From IMG/VR virus record IMGVR_UViG_3300002835_000011: a stretch of 64,000 bases of DNA, one strand, 5' to 3'. Under the pieces are notes generated by a model that saw only the letters and a list, made by a program, of their open reading frames with translations, made no database searches and had not been told where the DNA came from. Each line of letters starts with the position of its first letter. The stretch's first letter is position 1. Both the position numbers and the translations under genes were made by a program. Positions 30,208 through 40,254 of this stretch are shown here, in pieces. Source of the stretch: an uncultured virus (IMG/VR IMGVR_UViG_3300002835_000011). Lineage: Duplodnaviria; Heunggongvirae; Uroviricota; Caudoviricetes.

Positions 30208-31758
30208 CTATTTGAACTCGGATCGAACCACTTGATTGATAATTCCCGATACCTCTTTAGGTAGAGTTGAAAGATCCCATACCGGTTTGGCGTAGGTATA
30301 AAGAGAGGATACGTGTCCTGCTTCGATACCGATACCTACTGTAACGAATGAGTCTCGTCTAGCTCTTTCGAGAATTCTTTTAAGCTCTTCGTTATCAGAT
30401 TTACCACCGTAGTTGTTACCTGCTGGCTCGCCGTCAGATAGTGAGATGAAGATTATACGATCTTCTGAATTCTCTCGTATCTTTTTGTGGATTGACTCGA
30501 TAACAGGACCATCGTAATTCTGACACCAATCTACACCGTTACGATAAAACTTTATATTCCTTTCGTAGTCGGGATCATAAGGTGTGTAGAAGGAATAAAT
30601 CTCGGGTTGATAATCTCCGCTATGCCCATAAATATAAAGCTTGTCCGGCGGAAGTATTTGACTCATCGCTAGGTATAGCGAGTTCATAATATGTAGTTGA
30701 GAAGCTATACGATTTCCTTGACCCATACTACCAGACATATCCGCCAAGATACAGACCGAGAAAGGTTTTGTGTCCTGTTCCTCTACGATTTGTTTATAGA
30801 CGGAGACATTTCCTGCAGGTACCTCGGCTATCTTAGAAACGTCAAGCTTACCTAACTTTAGGTTTTTAACTTCCGCACTAGTTGGATCGAAGCTAATATC
30901 AAGTAGTTTAATGAGAGCTTCTGCGTCTTTTATTTCGGATCTAGTAAACTTGTAAGGCTCGGTCTTTTTTTCCTTAATCAAGCTAGAGAAAGAAACGAAT
31001 TTGGGTACTCCATCGAATTGACTAAGTGAGCCGCTGTAAGTGTAGGGTTTAGACTCGCTTATATTCTTCATCCATTCCTGAATGGTTTTACCGTTCTTTG
31101 TTGGCATTCCGTTTCCTCCAGGTCTACCTTGACCTTCACCTTGTGTCTCGCCTTGTCCTTTACCCTCTCCTTCTCCTTCACCTTCTCCCTCACCTTCTCC
31201 CTCGCCTTGACCTTCTCCTTGTTGCTCACCTTCTCCTTGTTGCTCACCCTGTCCTTGACCTTGACCTTCGCCCTCTCCTTCACCTTTTTCCTCTCCTCCT
31301 TCTTCGCCTTGGCCATTCTCCTCGTCTTTGATTTCCATCTCGATGCTACTACCGAATATACCTTTCTTATAGTTCTCGAACATAGGAGCTAATTCGGTAT
31401 AGGAATCGCATACGTATTTAAAAATTCCATTGTCCTTTAAACTAGCTACGATATATTTTTTTGACTTACCGAGAAAGGATGTCTTTTCTATGACCTCCGT
31501 TTCTAAGCGGTCGATAAGTCCTAATTCCTTCATCTTTAAGACGTAAAGCTTAATTAGCTTCTCACCCATCCAAACACCTAAGTCTTCAGATATAGACGAG
31601 TGTGCATTAATATCCAACTCGAAATCTACCTTAATGTGAGGGTAGTCGCTAAGCACACGTGTATATCCACCAAAGTGAGACTTCTCCCACCCCGATACAC
31701 TATCGTATTTGTTCTTTTTCCCGTGTCCCCACGAATTCCAATATCCATATCCAGCCAT
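30208..31758 (-). CDS. vWA (CobT/CbbO/NorD-like) protein with GE/GQ-rich linker
   Basis: MIDAS DMSGSM, SDGEP, GKLD motif, V..VGIG. Confidence 0.88.
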   Translation of the reverse strand: MAGYGYWNSWGHGKKNKYDSVSGWEKSHFGGYTRVLSDYPHIKVDFELDINAHSSISEDLGVWMGEKLIKLYVLKMKELGLIDRLETEVIEKTSFLGKSKKYIVASLKDNGIFKYVCDSYTELAPMFENYKKGIFGSSIEMEIKDEENGQGEEGGEEKGEGEGEGQGQGQGEQQGEGEQQGEGQGEGEGEGEGEGEGEGKGQGETQGEGQGRPGGNGMPTKNGKTIQEWMKNISESKPYTYSGSLSQFDGVPKFVSFSSLIKEKKTEPYKFTRSEIKDAEALIKLLDISFDPTSAEVKNLKLGKLDVSKIAEVPAGNVSVYKQIVEEQDTKPFSVCILADMSGSMGQGNRIASQLHIMNSLYLAMSQILPPDKLYIYGHSGDYQPEIYSFYTPYDPDYERNIKFYRNGVDWCQNYDGPVIESIHKKIRENSEDRIIFISLSDGEPAGNNYGGKSDNEELKRILERARRDSFVTVGIGIEAGHVSSLYTYAKPVWDLSTLPKEVSGIINQVVRSEFK

Positions 31759-31950
31759 GCAATTGTTTTTTTGTTCTAAGCTAATATAGAGATTTTTCTA
31801 CATTTAAAAAAATGATTCCAAAAATAAACTTATAGTTCAAGTTAGTTCATGTTTCCGGGGGTTCCCCAAAGATTACGAATCGGAGCCAGATTCTTACGCA
31901 CAAAAAAAGGGAAGTACTAAGACTTCCCCCTTTCGGATATGGATATGGAT

Positions 31951-33489
31951 TTATTTGAATTCGCTTTTTACAACGTGGTTGACGATACTAGCAACCTCTC
32001 TCGGCATCTCCTTAAGTTTTCCGTCCTGAACTACTCTTGAGAATGTGTAAAGGTTTTTGACGTAGTCTGTACCAATACCGATACCTACTGTTACGAATTG
32101 ATCTCGTCTAGCTCTTTCGAGAATTTGTTTCATAGCTTCAACGCTATCACAAGGCTGACCGTCGGATAGACTAATAAGAATTACCGGGCGGTCTGTCTTC
32201 TCTCGTATCTTCTTATGCACCTCTTGAATTACCACCCCGTCGTAATTCGAATTATTGTAGATCTCGTAGTAGCCTTGAATATTTTTACGATAGTCAGGAC
32301 TATACGGATTACAGAAGGTGTATATTCTTGGCTCGGATGAATTTCCGGTGTGTCCGTATATGTGAAGATCATCGACCGGAATAATCTCGCTTAGTGCTAG
32401 GTATAACGAGTTCAGTACTGTGAACTGGGTGTTAAGACGTCTACCTTGCATACTTCCAGACATGTCGGCTAGTACACATACAGCGAATGCTTTCGTATCT
32501 TGGTCTTCGAGAGTCTGCTTGTAGACGGAGATGTTACCTGCGGGTACTTCAGCCAATTTCGAAGTATCAAGCTTACCGAGTTTAAGGTTCTTTACCTCCG
32601 CACTCTTCGGATCAAAGTTAATGTCGAGCTGTTTAAGTATCATATCGGCATTTATCTTTTCCTCCCTCGTGAATTCGTAATCCGTGTATCCCTTGGAGTC
32701 TATCGGGATGAACTTAGGTGTACCACATTCGCTACCTATTGAAGAGAATTTTTCGAAAGGCTTCTGTTCCGCCATCTCGCTTAGTAACTTCTCTAAAGCT
32801 TTGAATTCAGGAACTTCCGATGACGAACTTCCCCATCCTCCACCTTCAGATTTTTTACTTTCTTTGCCTTCACCTTTGCCGTCATCTTTACCTTTACCCT
32901 TTCCTTTACCTTTACCCTCGCCGCCTTGTCCTTGACCTTCTCCGTCTTCGTCCCCTTGGCCTTCACCTTGGCCTTCACCCTCGCCTTGACCTTTTTCTTT
33001 CTCACCTTCTCCCTCACCCTGTCCTTGACCTTTGCCGCCTTCTTGTTCTTGTCCGGGAGGAGGTACTTCTATTTTGATTGACGTTGCTAAAAGGTCCTCA
33101 CGGTAATGGTCGAATAGCGGTGAGAATTCTTTGTAATCTCTCATAACCGCTTCGAGTACATCCTCTCGGTTTAATTTGAGAACCTCGTAGTGTTTCTCCT
33201 GACCGAGAAAATTTCTTTCTGTCGTTCTCACCCTCTCGAAATTGTCTAGATATTTTTTCTCCTTACATTTCATAAGATACATCTTAACGAGCTTCTCGGC
33301 AGAATAAATTCCTAATGAAGATCGGAGCTTATTCGTGATATCAATCGTTGCCTTAAAGTCGAACTTGACGTAGGGGTAGTCGTAAATTATTCTTGTGAAG
33401 CCACCGAAGTGCGAGTTTTCCCAACCCGATGTGGAAGTCCATACCTTCCCGCTGTGCTTGTTCCATGAGCCATATCCGTATCCAGCCAT
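31951..33489 (-). CDS. second vWA (CobT-like) paralog
   Basis: DMSGSM, SDGQP; same architecture as 30208-31758. Confidence 0.88.
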   Translation of the reverse strand: MAGYGYGSWNKHSGKVWTSTSGWENSHFGGFTRIIYDYPYVKFDFKATIDITNKLRSSLGIYSAEKLVKMYLMKCKEKKYLDNFERVRTTERNFLGQEKHYEVLKLNREDVLEAVMRDYKEFSPLFDHYREDLLATSIKIEVPPPGQEQEGGKGQGQGEGEGEKEKGQGEGEGQGEGQGDEDGEGQGQGGEGKGKGKGKGKDDGKGEGKESKKSEGGGWGSSSSEVPEFKALEKLLSEMAEQKPFEKFSSIGSECGTPKFIPIDSKGYTDYEFTREEKINADMILKQLDINFDPKSAEVKNLKLGKLDTSKLAEVPAGNISVYKQTLEDQDTKAFAVCVLADMSGSMQGRRLNTQFTVLNSLYLALSEIIPVDDLHIYGHTGNSSEPRIYTFCNPYSPDYRKNIQGYYEIYNNSNYDGVVIQEVHKKIREKTDRPVILISLSDGQPCDSVEAMKQILERARRDQFVTVGIGIGTDYVKNLYTFSRVVQDGKLKEMPREVASIVNHVVKSEFK

Positions 33490-33605
33490 TTTGTTTTTTG
33501 TTAATTGGTTTACATTGCTAAAGTAGAATATTCTACTTAATTAAAAAAATGATTTCAAAAAAAAAGACTGGCGGATATTCCCGCCAGTCCTTTTCGATCC
33601 TTTAC

Positions 33606-34619
33606 TTAGGATTCGCTATCAGTCGAGGTTTTAGCATCGTCTAAGATTGCCTTAATCGCTTTCAGACCTTCTTGGCTTCCGAGACCTTTACAAAGAGCGA
33701 CATAACCGTCGTAGATCGTAAAGCCGTTAGAGACCAACTTCGCAATTGTCTTAAGGTGACGAACTGAGAGGTTGAAAGAGATTTTGAATTCATCGTGCTC
33801 CTTGTTGATTTTCTCGAAGACGCTTACCAACTTGTTGATTTTCGTCTTGGTGATTTTCGGGAATTCTGCGACCAAGGTTGCTACGATGTCGTCTTTCTTG
33901 ATCGAGTCAACTTCGATGAGCATGAAGCGGTCAAGTAAGGCACGGTCCAATTTGTGCGTTCCTGTATATTGGCTACCCATGTTAGCCGTTGAGAAGAATA
34001 CGCACTGAGGGTGGATTGGTACTGGAGTCGTATCGTGGAACGAGTACTCCATCGGTAACTCTCTACGGAAGTCGAGACAAGGGAAGAGAAGGTTGTTAGC
34101 CATCGCTCCAGCTCGGGAGATCTCGTCTAAGAGAATGATACCTGGTTGTTGTATGAGTTCGGAAAAGCGAGAGCGTTTGAACTCCGACTTAGTCACCCCG
34201 TTTTCGACCGTGATGACGTGAGTACCCACAAGTCCCATTACCGGATCGGTCATTGTACCCATGTCGAAGATGGTGAGAGGAACGTTGAACACCTTAGCGA
34301 TGTTGGCTACCACTTCCGTCTTCCCGGTTCCCGTAGCACCGATGAGCATCGTATTGATACCATACTCGATGTTGTGCTTGAGGATTTCGAAAGTACCCTT
34401 CTCGACTTTGAAATAGCCGTTGAGAGTTACAATGTTGCCCGACTCCTTGATCTTGGACGTATCAGCGACCAACTTTGGAACCTCGTCGGCTGCATCGATA
34501 ACTACCGATTTTTTTCGACGTAGCGCTTCCGAGATTTTAGCTTTTGTTTCCTCGCTAAGAGCTTTCTTAGTCGTTCCCTCAGTCGTTACCGACCCTTCTG
34601 CTTTTTTTGTTCTTGCCAT
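33606..34619 (-). CDS. MoxR-type AAA+ ATPase (CbbQ/NirQ/CobS-like)
   Basis: Walker A GATGTGKT, Walker B ILLDEI, TAN...Y.GT..LD.ALLDRF. Confidence 0.92.
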   Translation of the reverse strand: MARTKKAEGSVTTEGTTKKALSEETKAKISEALRRKKSVVIDAADEVPKLVADTSKIKESGNIVTLNGYFKVEKGTFEILKHNIEYGINTMLIGATGTGKTEVVANIAKVFNVPLTIFDMGTMTDPVMGLVGTHVITVENGVTKSEFKRSRFSELIQQPGIILLDEISRAGAMANNLLFPCLDFRRELPMEYSFHDTTPVPIHPQCVFFSTANMGSQYTGTHKLDRALLDRFMLIEVDSIKKDDIVATLVAEFPKITKTKINKLVSVFEKINKEHDEFKISFNLSVRHLKTIAKLVSNGFTIYDGYVALCKGLGSQEGLKAIKAILDDAKTSTDSES

Positions 34620-34684
34620 TTTTATTTGTGTTTATTGGTTTACATTGCTAAAGTAGAATATTCTACTTAATTAAAAAAAGGATT

Positions 34685-35002
34685 TCAGAAATTATTTTGA
34701 TTTTTTTTACCAAAGTCATATCCGCTATCTGTACGGCTAATAACAGAGATAGGGTAGATATTAGAGTGCACGCAAAACATTCTAAAAATAATCTCCGACC
34801 CATCTCTACCCTCGCTATCAAAACGTATAACAGTATCAACCGTTCCGTCTCTACGTGTGATATCCTCTACAAATTCTACGCGGACGTCAAACTCACTCCG
34901 CATACATTCTTCGAATTCTCTTATTGCTCCGGGGTCTGTACCAATCGGACCAACTCCCGGCCAAATTAGTAACTCACCTTTTATATTTGATTTGTTGTTC
35001 AT
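34685..35002 (-). CDS. hypothetical protein
   Basis: ORF track; start moved to follow the promoter. Confidence 0.65.
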   Translation of the reverse strand: MNNKSNIKGELLIWPGVGPIGTDPGAIREFEECMRSEFDVRVEFVEDITRRDGTVDTVIRFDSEGRDGSEIIFRMFCVHSNIYPISVISRTDSGYDFGKKNQNNF

Positions 35003-35094
35003 AATGCTAATATAGAAAATTCTACATAAAGAAAAAAATGATTTCAAAAAAAAGCCTGGGCGTTTTACCCAGGCTTGTTGAGTCGTCTGACCCC

Positions 35095-35445
35095 TTAAAG
35101 TTCCTGAAGCTCTCGGCTTGAGGTGAAGAAGTTACGCTTTCCTCTTCGAACCCTGTAGATCACTCGTCCGCCCACTTTAGTTATCTGCTCGAACTCTAGT
35201 ACTGTCCCGGCTTTGGCGCAAGAGGAGTTCTTTGACTCCAGTCTTCGATTCCAGAATAGTCTGACAGGGAACCCGAATGCTTTTGTAAATTTCTCGACCA
35301 CTACCTCTGGGTCGGTTACTGAAGCCTTTGGCTCTATCGGTCCCGCTTTCTTTCTAGCTCGATACGCAGCATCTGTACATTTTTTAGAGCAGTATAACCC
35401 TTTTCTTTCATGAATGGCGCCGCAGTGTGTGCAATGGTTTTTCAT
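35095..35445 (-). CDS. Zn-finger fused to NSYCA/RRNFFTSS domain
   Basis: N-terminus like 27006, C-terminus like 10900/11996/15505. Confidence 0.85.
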   Translation of the reverse strand: MKNHCTHCGAIHERKGLYCSKKCTDAAYRARKKAGPIEPKASVTDPEVVVEKFTKAFGFPVRLFWNRRLESKNSSCAKAGTVLEFEQITKVGGRVIYRVRRGKRNFFTSSRELQEL

Positions 35446-35653
35446 TAGAAGCGTTTTGATTTACATAGCTAATATAGAAACTTCTACTTAAAATAAAAAA
35501 GGATTTCTAGATTTTTCCAAAAAAAATTCTGCGGCCGCTACCGGTGGTTTCCTGAGGAACCCCAGGGTCAGTGCAGAAGAGCTACACAAAAGCAAGGGCC
35601 ACAAAAAAAAGGGACCGATTTCTCGATCCCCTCAGCGTTAAACCAATTAAACA

Positions 35654-36160
35654 CTAAGTCTCTTTTGCTAAAGCCTCGTTAACTGGTCGTGGGATATAGC
35701 CTTCGTCACCCTCTTCTGAATAGCCGGATTTATACAGCCACACTCCGTCAAGGGTAAACGCATATCCATATTCTTCAATGTCGTTTTGGAAGTAATCGTC
35801 TAAAGATTTATCAACTCTCGGTGAAATATAATCCTCACCCCGATCTCGATGGTAAGCCACTGTCACACCCTCCATCGGTTTATCAAAAGTGTGATTCCTA
35901 CTCATTACGCCAAACTTAGTCAATATCTTCTCTCCATTAACGACATTCTCGTCGTCTGTATCAAATACTGGCGGAGGAGCAACCTCTTGTCTTAAACAAC
36001 TTATAGCACCCAAGTCGATTAGAGATTTTACTTTATCTCTGTCGGTGTAAAAGTTTACGAGATAAGCTCCCACTCCCTCTACGTATCCGTCCCAGTGACA
36101 ATATATCGAGGAAACTGTTCCGTCCTCATTTACTATTCCTATTCTACTCCTTGTTGCCAT
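35654..36160 (-). CDS. conserved phage protein (M.TRS.IG...IYCHWDGY)
   Basis: motif recognised from phage hypothetical family. Confidence 0.85.
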   Translation of the reverse strand: MATRSRIGIVNEDGTVSSIYCHWDGYVEGVGAYLVNFYTDRDKVKSLIDLGAISCLRQEVAPPPVFDTDDENVVNGEKILTKFGVMSRNHTFDKPMEGVTVAYHRDRGEDYISPRVDKSLDDYFQNDIEEYGYAFTLDGVWLYKSGYSEEGDEGYIPRPVNEALAKET

Positions 36161-36218
36161 ATCCTAAATGTAGATAATTCTATTTAATTAAAAAAATGAT
36201 TTAATTATATCAATACAT

Positions 36219-36503
36219 TTAATCAACATATTTTTTTTCAAGCTCCTCCCAGACTTCACCGTTCTTAATATACAATGTTGAATCGTCGAAATAATCTTTC
36301 CAATAAGAATCTACGTCAAACCATTCTTTGACGTTTGACATTTTACCCTCCATAACCATGTAATAACCATCACTTTCGTCCTTGACGAATTTGAGTTCAT
36401 GCTCTTCCATTCGGGCTTTGATCAGAGAGGTGTAATAAGGATCGACTAGAATTCCGCAACGTACTAAGGTTTCAGAATCAAGTATAGGATTTTTAATTTT
36501 CAT
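36219..36503 (-). CDS. hypothetical protein
   Basis: ORF track. Confidence 0.75.
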   Translation of the reverse strand: MKIKNPILDSETLVRCGILVDPYYTSLIKARMEEHELKFVKDESDGYYMVMEGKMSNVKEWFDVDSYWKDYFDDSTLYIKNGEVWEELEKKYVD

Positions 36504-36560
36504 CTTTTTTTATTTGGTTACTTAGCTAATATAGAAAATTCTATTTAATTAAAAAATGAT

Positions 36561-36785
36561 TTATTCAATAATAAACCAATTCTCTTCAAGCACCTTAACC
36601 TCATCGTCGTTGAATACCTCGTTGAAGTTATCTACGTAGCAGTCAACCTTTCCGAAACAAGTTTCTTCAATAGCCTTGTCAGATTTCTCGATGAACTCAT
36701 CCAAAGTTTCAAAGGATATTGTTTTACTAATAGTGGGATAGCCTTCGATCTTTCTTCCCGATATTTTGATATCTGCTCTTCTCAT
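36561..36785 (-). CDS. hypothetical protein
   Basis: ATGA overlap with stop of 36782-37015. Confidence 0.7.
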   Translation of the reverse strand: MRRADIKISGRKIEGYPTISKTISFETLDEFIEKSDKAIEETCFGKVDCYVDNFNEVFNDDEVKVLEENWFIIE

Positions 36786-37015
36786 TTTTTCAGTTTTTCG
36801 TATTCTTCCTCGGTAATTTGTATTGCTGTACACCATCGTTGCTCCCATTCAGCGATCTCTTCTTCAATGATATAGTCGATTACATTCTGGTCCATCTCAT
36901 CTTCCTCACGGACATCTTCTATGTCCTCCCGATAAATGGTGTGCTCCTCGTACTTTATTCCTTCTGGTAAGTACTCCTTCGGACCTGTGATCCTCAAATA
37001 AAATTTCATATACAT
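36782..37015 (-). CDS. small acidic protein
   Basis: ORF track; ITEEEY motif. Confidence 0.75.
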   Translation of the reverse strand: MYMKFYLRITGPKEYLPEGIKYEEHTIYREDIEDVREEDEMDQNVIDYIIEEEIAEWEQRWCTAIQITEEEYEKLKK

Positions 37016-37026
37016 CTTGATTTAAT

Positions 37027-37317
37027 TTATTCTGCGCTTAAACCCCATGGCTCTACATCCATGATATTAGTCTCGTCCAGTTCCAAACACTCACATATAA
37101 ACTCCGCAAGTCTCTTGTTACCAGGTTGCCCTTCCGAGATCTCTCCCGTACCAATAGCTTCAACTACATCTCTCGGCGTCATACCAAGAACTCTCGAACA
37201 AAACTTTACGTCCTGCCCAAGATAAAAACTCTTAGTGTGCTCGGGAGTCTTAACTAGTAAGCTCCAGTTCCTTCCGAAGCCATAAGGGTTAGGTGTTATG
37301 ATTATTGATGTTTCCAT
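37027..37317 (-). CDS. hypothetical phage protein (F.LGQD.KF..RVLG)
   Basis: ORF track. Confidence 0.8.
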   Translation of the reverse strand: METSIIITPNPYGFGRNWSLLVKTPEHTKSFYLGQDVKFCSRVLGMTPRDVVEAIGTGEISEGQPGNKRLAEFICECLELDETNIMDVEPWGLSAE

Positions 37318-37320
37318 ATA

Positions 37321-37572
37321 CTATTGATAAAATTGAATTTCGTCCTCTATAAAAAATCTTTCTAAAATTAATACGCTTCTCAGATTGTGGAATTGTACAA
37401 AATCATCAATGTCGTGAACATCCCATCCGTCATCCTCTCCTATTTCAGAAAAGAGCTTTAATGACCTACTAATAATATCGCCATATGACTCAGGAGACCA
37501 TTTATTCCCTAAACACTCTACGACTTTTAAAAGTCCTACATCGTCGCTATCGTTTTTTATCTGAAATATCAT
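37321..37572 (-). CDS. hypothetical protein
   Basis: ORF track. Confidence 0.7.
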   Translation of the reverse strand: MIFQIKNDSDDVGLLKVVECLGNKWSPESYGDIISRSLKLFSEIGEDDGWDVHDIDDFVQFHNLRSVLILERFFIEDEIQFYQ

Positions 37573-37629
37573 ATCTTATTATTTGTTAATGCTAATATAG
37601 AAAATTCTATTTAATTAAAAAAATGATTC

Positions 37630-38370
37630 CTATTCTTTTATTAAAACTCCTAATAGCGAAGCTCCCATAAGAGTCTCGCTGGAGAACTCACCCAGCTTTT
37701 TTAAATCGGAAGCCTTTATCTGGTCTTTAACCATTCCTAAAGCTATGAGATAAGGAACTTTCTTTTCCGCCATAGTGAAGTGTATTAAATCTAGTACCTT
37801 ACTCGATACACCTCTATTACCGTAATATGAGATATGATGTTCCTTAATTCCGTGATAACTATGTCCTAAAATAACCGGAGCTCCTTCTAAGCTTATTATT
37901 TCATTTCTTCGGCAAAAAAATTCCTGAATTTTAATTGTATCACTGATAGGCATCAAATCCTTTAACTTGTTATCCGAGCAATCTATTTTATACCCGTAAG
38001 ATGATTCAAGGGTAGGTAAACCCTTTAAACTTACGAGCTGATTTTTCGAGCATTTATAATCTCCCCACCAAACTCTATCTGGTCCACCCTCCAAAGTCGT
38101 TAATTTATTATTTGAGCAATCAAAGGACTTTACTACGTATCTTGGAGCTCCTTCAAGACTTGTGAGCTCGTTATTAGAGCAGTAGAAATGTCCATCTATC
38201 TTTCCAAATTTAACGCCCTTAAAATCTTTTAGTCCCTGATCTGCGCAATTGAAATCACCCCATACATCTACACGATCATTCTCCTCATCATATTTCCAAC
38301 CTCCTTGCGGAGCAATACCCCGGTTGAGGAACTCTATCATTTCCGATTGTTCTTTGCTAAATAGTGGCAT
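37630..38370 (-). CDS. LRR-like protein with CS.N.LTSLEGAP repeats
   Basis: about 6 repeats of 22-24 aa; C-terminal GASLLG. Confidence 0.85.
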   Translation of the reverse strand: MPLFSKEQSEMIEFLNRGIAPQGGWKYDEENDRVDVWGDFNCADQGLKDFKGVKFGKIDGHFYCSNNELTSLEGAPRYVVKSFDCSNNKLTTLEGGPDRVWWGDYKCSKNQLVSLKGLPTLESSYGYKIDCSDNKLKDLMPISDTIKIQEFFCRRNEIISLEGAPVILGHSYHGIKEHHISYYGNRGVSSKVLDLIHFTMAEKKVPYLIALGMVKDQIKASDLKKLGEFSSETLMGASLLGVLIKE

Positions 38371-38555
38371 AATTCTTTTTTAATTGGTTACAGCACAAAT
38401 GTAGAAAATTCTACATAAAATAAAAAATGATTTGCCAAGAAAACTTTTTAGCATCCTCCCTGGGGTTCCTCAGAGAAAACAGCATATGCTACGGTTGAAA
38501 ACACCACAAAAAAAGCCGAGCTTATGCTCGGCTTCCTAAGGGTTGTTAAACGTTA

Positions 38556-38975
38556 TTACCCTTTATTATGAATTTCTCTTATTTGACCTACCTCGTCTAA
38601 GATAGAGTCTAGGGTGTGGTTGCTTTTGTTTTTTATCTTCTCTTCGATCTTTGCTCTTCTCGCCTCAAGGATGTTGAACACTCTCGATCTGAATTTGCGT
38701 CTCTCCTTATCAGTATACGGGATGTCATATTGGAACTTACCGTTGATGACTTGAAGATCGAGATGATCTAAGATTAGGTATATGTCGTCAACCTCTATGT
38801 ATATAGTATCGCTAAGGGGTGAAAGAAAAATCTCGGCATCTTTGACGCTGACCATTCTTTCAAATATACGGATACCTTTCTTTTGCTCTTCGGTTAGCTC
38901 TTCTCTCGTCTTGAAGATCCTTCCCATAAATCGAGATGTTTTGAGCCAAGCAATTTTGATCTTTCTTCTATTCAT
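38556..38975 (-). CDS. hypothetical protein
   Basis: ORF track; start MNRRK. Confidence 0.75.
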   Translation of the reverse strand: MNRRKIKIAWLKTSRFMGRIFKTREELTEEQKKGIRIFERMVSVKDAEIFLSPLSDTIYIEVDDIYLILDHLDLQVINGKFQYDIPYTDKERRKFRSRVFNILEARRAKIEEKIKNKSNHTLDSILDEVGQIREIHNKG

Positions 38976-38985
38976 GTTATTGGTT

Positions 38986-39237
38986 TTACGATAGCAAATT
39001 AACTTTTGAAACAACAGCAGAAATCGAACGCCACTCTTGAATGTCCAAATCAAAATAAGCCGTACCCGCATGAGCTAAAGTGCCTCCGCTAGGCTTCCAC
39101 TCTTCTGGTATCATGTCGGTATTCGTAGTACCTCTAACCTCTCTAACACTTCCGTCCAACTTCTCATAAGAGAATTTAACCTCGCCTTTTAATAGCTTTT
39201 CTTCAAGTCTTTTTCTAGATATCTTTCTCTTAGCCAT
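38986..39237 (-). CDS. SH3-fold / WYL_2 (DUF2693)-like protein
   Basis: F.Y.K.DGS.R...GT...YFDLD..EWRS. Confidence 0.8.
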   Translation of the reverse strand: MAKRKISRKRLEEKLLKGEVKFSYEKLDGSVREVRGTTNTDMIPEEWKPSGGTLAHAGTAYFDLDIQEWRSISAVVSKVNLLS

Positions 39238-39364
39238 ATTATTTATAGCCTTTTTTGTGCTGTTTGTTCCATACAAACATAGATAGATTTTTCTAATCAA
39301 AAAAATGATTCCACAAAAAAAGCCCAAGATCACTCTTGGGCCTCGATGAGGAACAAAGCAGGAA

Positions 39365-40204
39365 TTACTCATCGAAAATAATATTATACGGATTGTCTTT
39401 ACTTAGTATTTGTTTCGCCATGTCTTCCACTTCGGAATGACTAAATTTGACTTCCGATTCGTATCGGACATCCCCAGTAGACGAAAGGTCGTAATAGAGT
39501 TTCACATTAACATTACCTCTCCGATTCTTTGTGAACATCGCATATCTTTTTCCGTCTGGAGTAAAGCGAAGCTCCAACATCCCGGTCGTATTATGCTTGA
39601 GCTTGTTCGATCCGACAAACACACCCTCTTTAGTTACTTGTTGGATACACAAGAACGAAGTGTAAACGCCTCTGGTGTTGCTTCCCGAGTTGTGCTTTCG
39701 CATAAGATCTATCAACCATTTCTCGGTGGAGTTCGAAGTCATTTTAGTGGCTTCTTTAACCGTGTCCTGTACTTCGACAAAAGAATCTATAAGTACCACG
39801 TCATATCCGCGATCTAGCATTTCCTCTATAATGTCCTTCGGATTGCTATCGACATATTCACCTAAGAAAAGGATGTCGAGATTACCAAACTTCGGATACC
39901 TCTTAACATAGCCGTACAAATCCACTCGGTCCATTTCACCAGATATAAAAAGCACCGATGCGCCATTGTTCTTAAGATCGGATAGGATATCCATCGACAC
40001 CGTACTCTTACCGACACCAGGATCTCCGACCAACATAAAATTGGTGGATCTCGGGAATCCACCATCGGCACTTAATAAATCATCGATTAATTTCCCAGTC
40101 TTCATCGTCTCGAAGAGAGTAGGATCGAAAGTAAGATCACTCATTCGGACACTCTTAGGTGTCACCCTCTCTTCTTCTCCCCTTCCTTTTTCTATAGCAC
40201 CCAT
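39365..40204 (-). CDS. RecA-superfamily ATPase, RadA/Sms- or KaiC-like
   Basis: GDPGVGKST, LFISGEM, VLIDS, VTKEG...G...LKH, KNRRG. Confidence 0.85.
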   Translation of the reverse strand: MGAIEKGRGEEERVTPKSVRMSDLTFDPTLFETMKTGKLIDDLLSADGGFPRSTNFMLVGDPGVGKSTVSMDILSDLKNNGASVLFISGEMDRVDLYGYVKRYPKFGNLDILFLGEYVDSNPKDIIEEMLDRGYDVVLIDSFVEVQDTVKEATKMTSNSTEKWLIDLMRKHNSGSNTRGVYTSFLCIQQVTKEGVFVGSNKLKHNTTGMLELRFTPDGKRYAMFTKNRRGNVNVKLYYDLSSTGDVRYESEVKFSHSEVEDMAKQILSKDNPYNIIFDE

Positions 40205-40254
40205 TAATTAGATTTTCCTAAATATAGCTAATAAACCTCGTCTAAAAAAACGAT

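Noticed and set aside
31068..33077. Alternative-frame ORFs inside the vWA genes and other antisense ORFs in the track
   Set aside because: They are shadows of low-complexity linkers or of real genes on the other strand.
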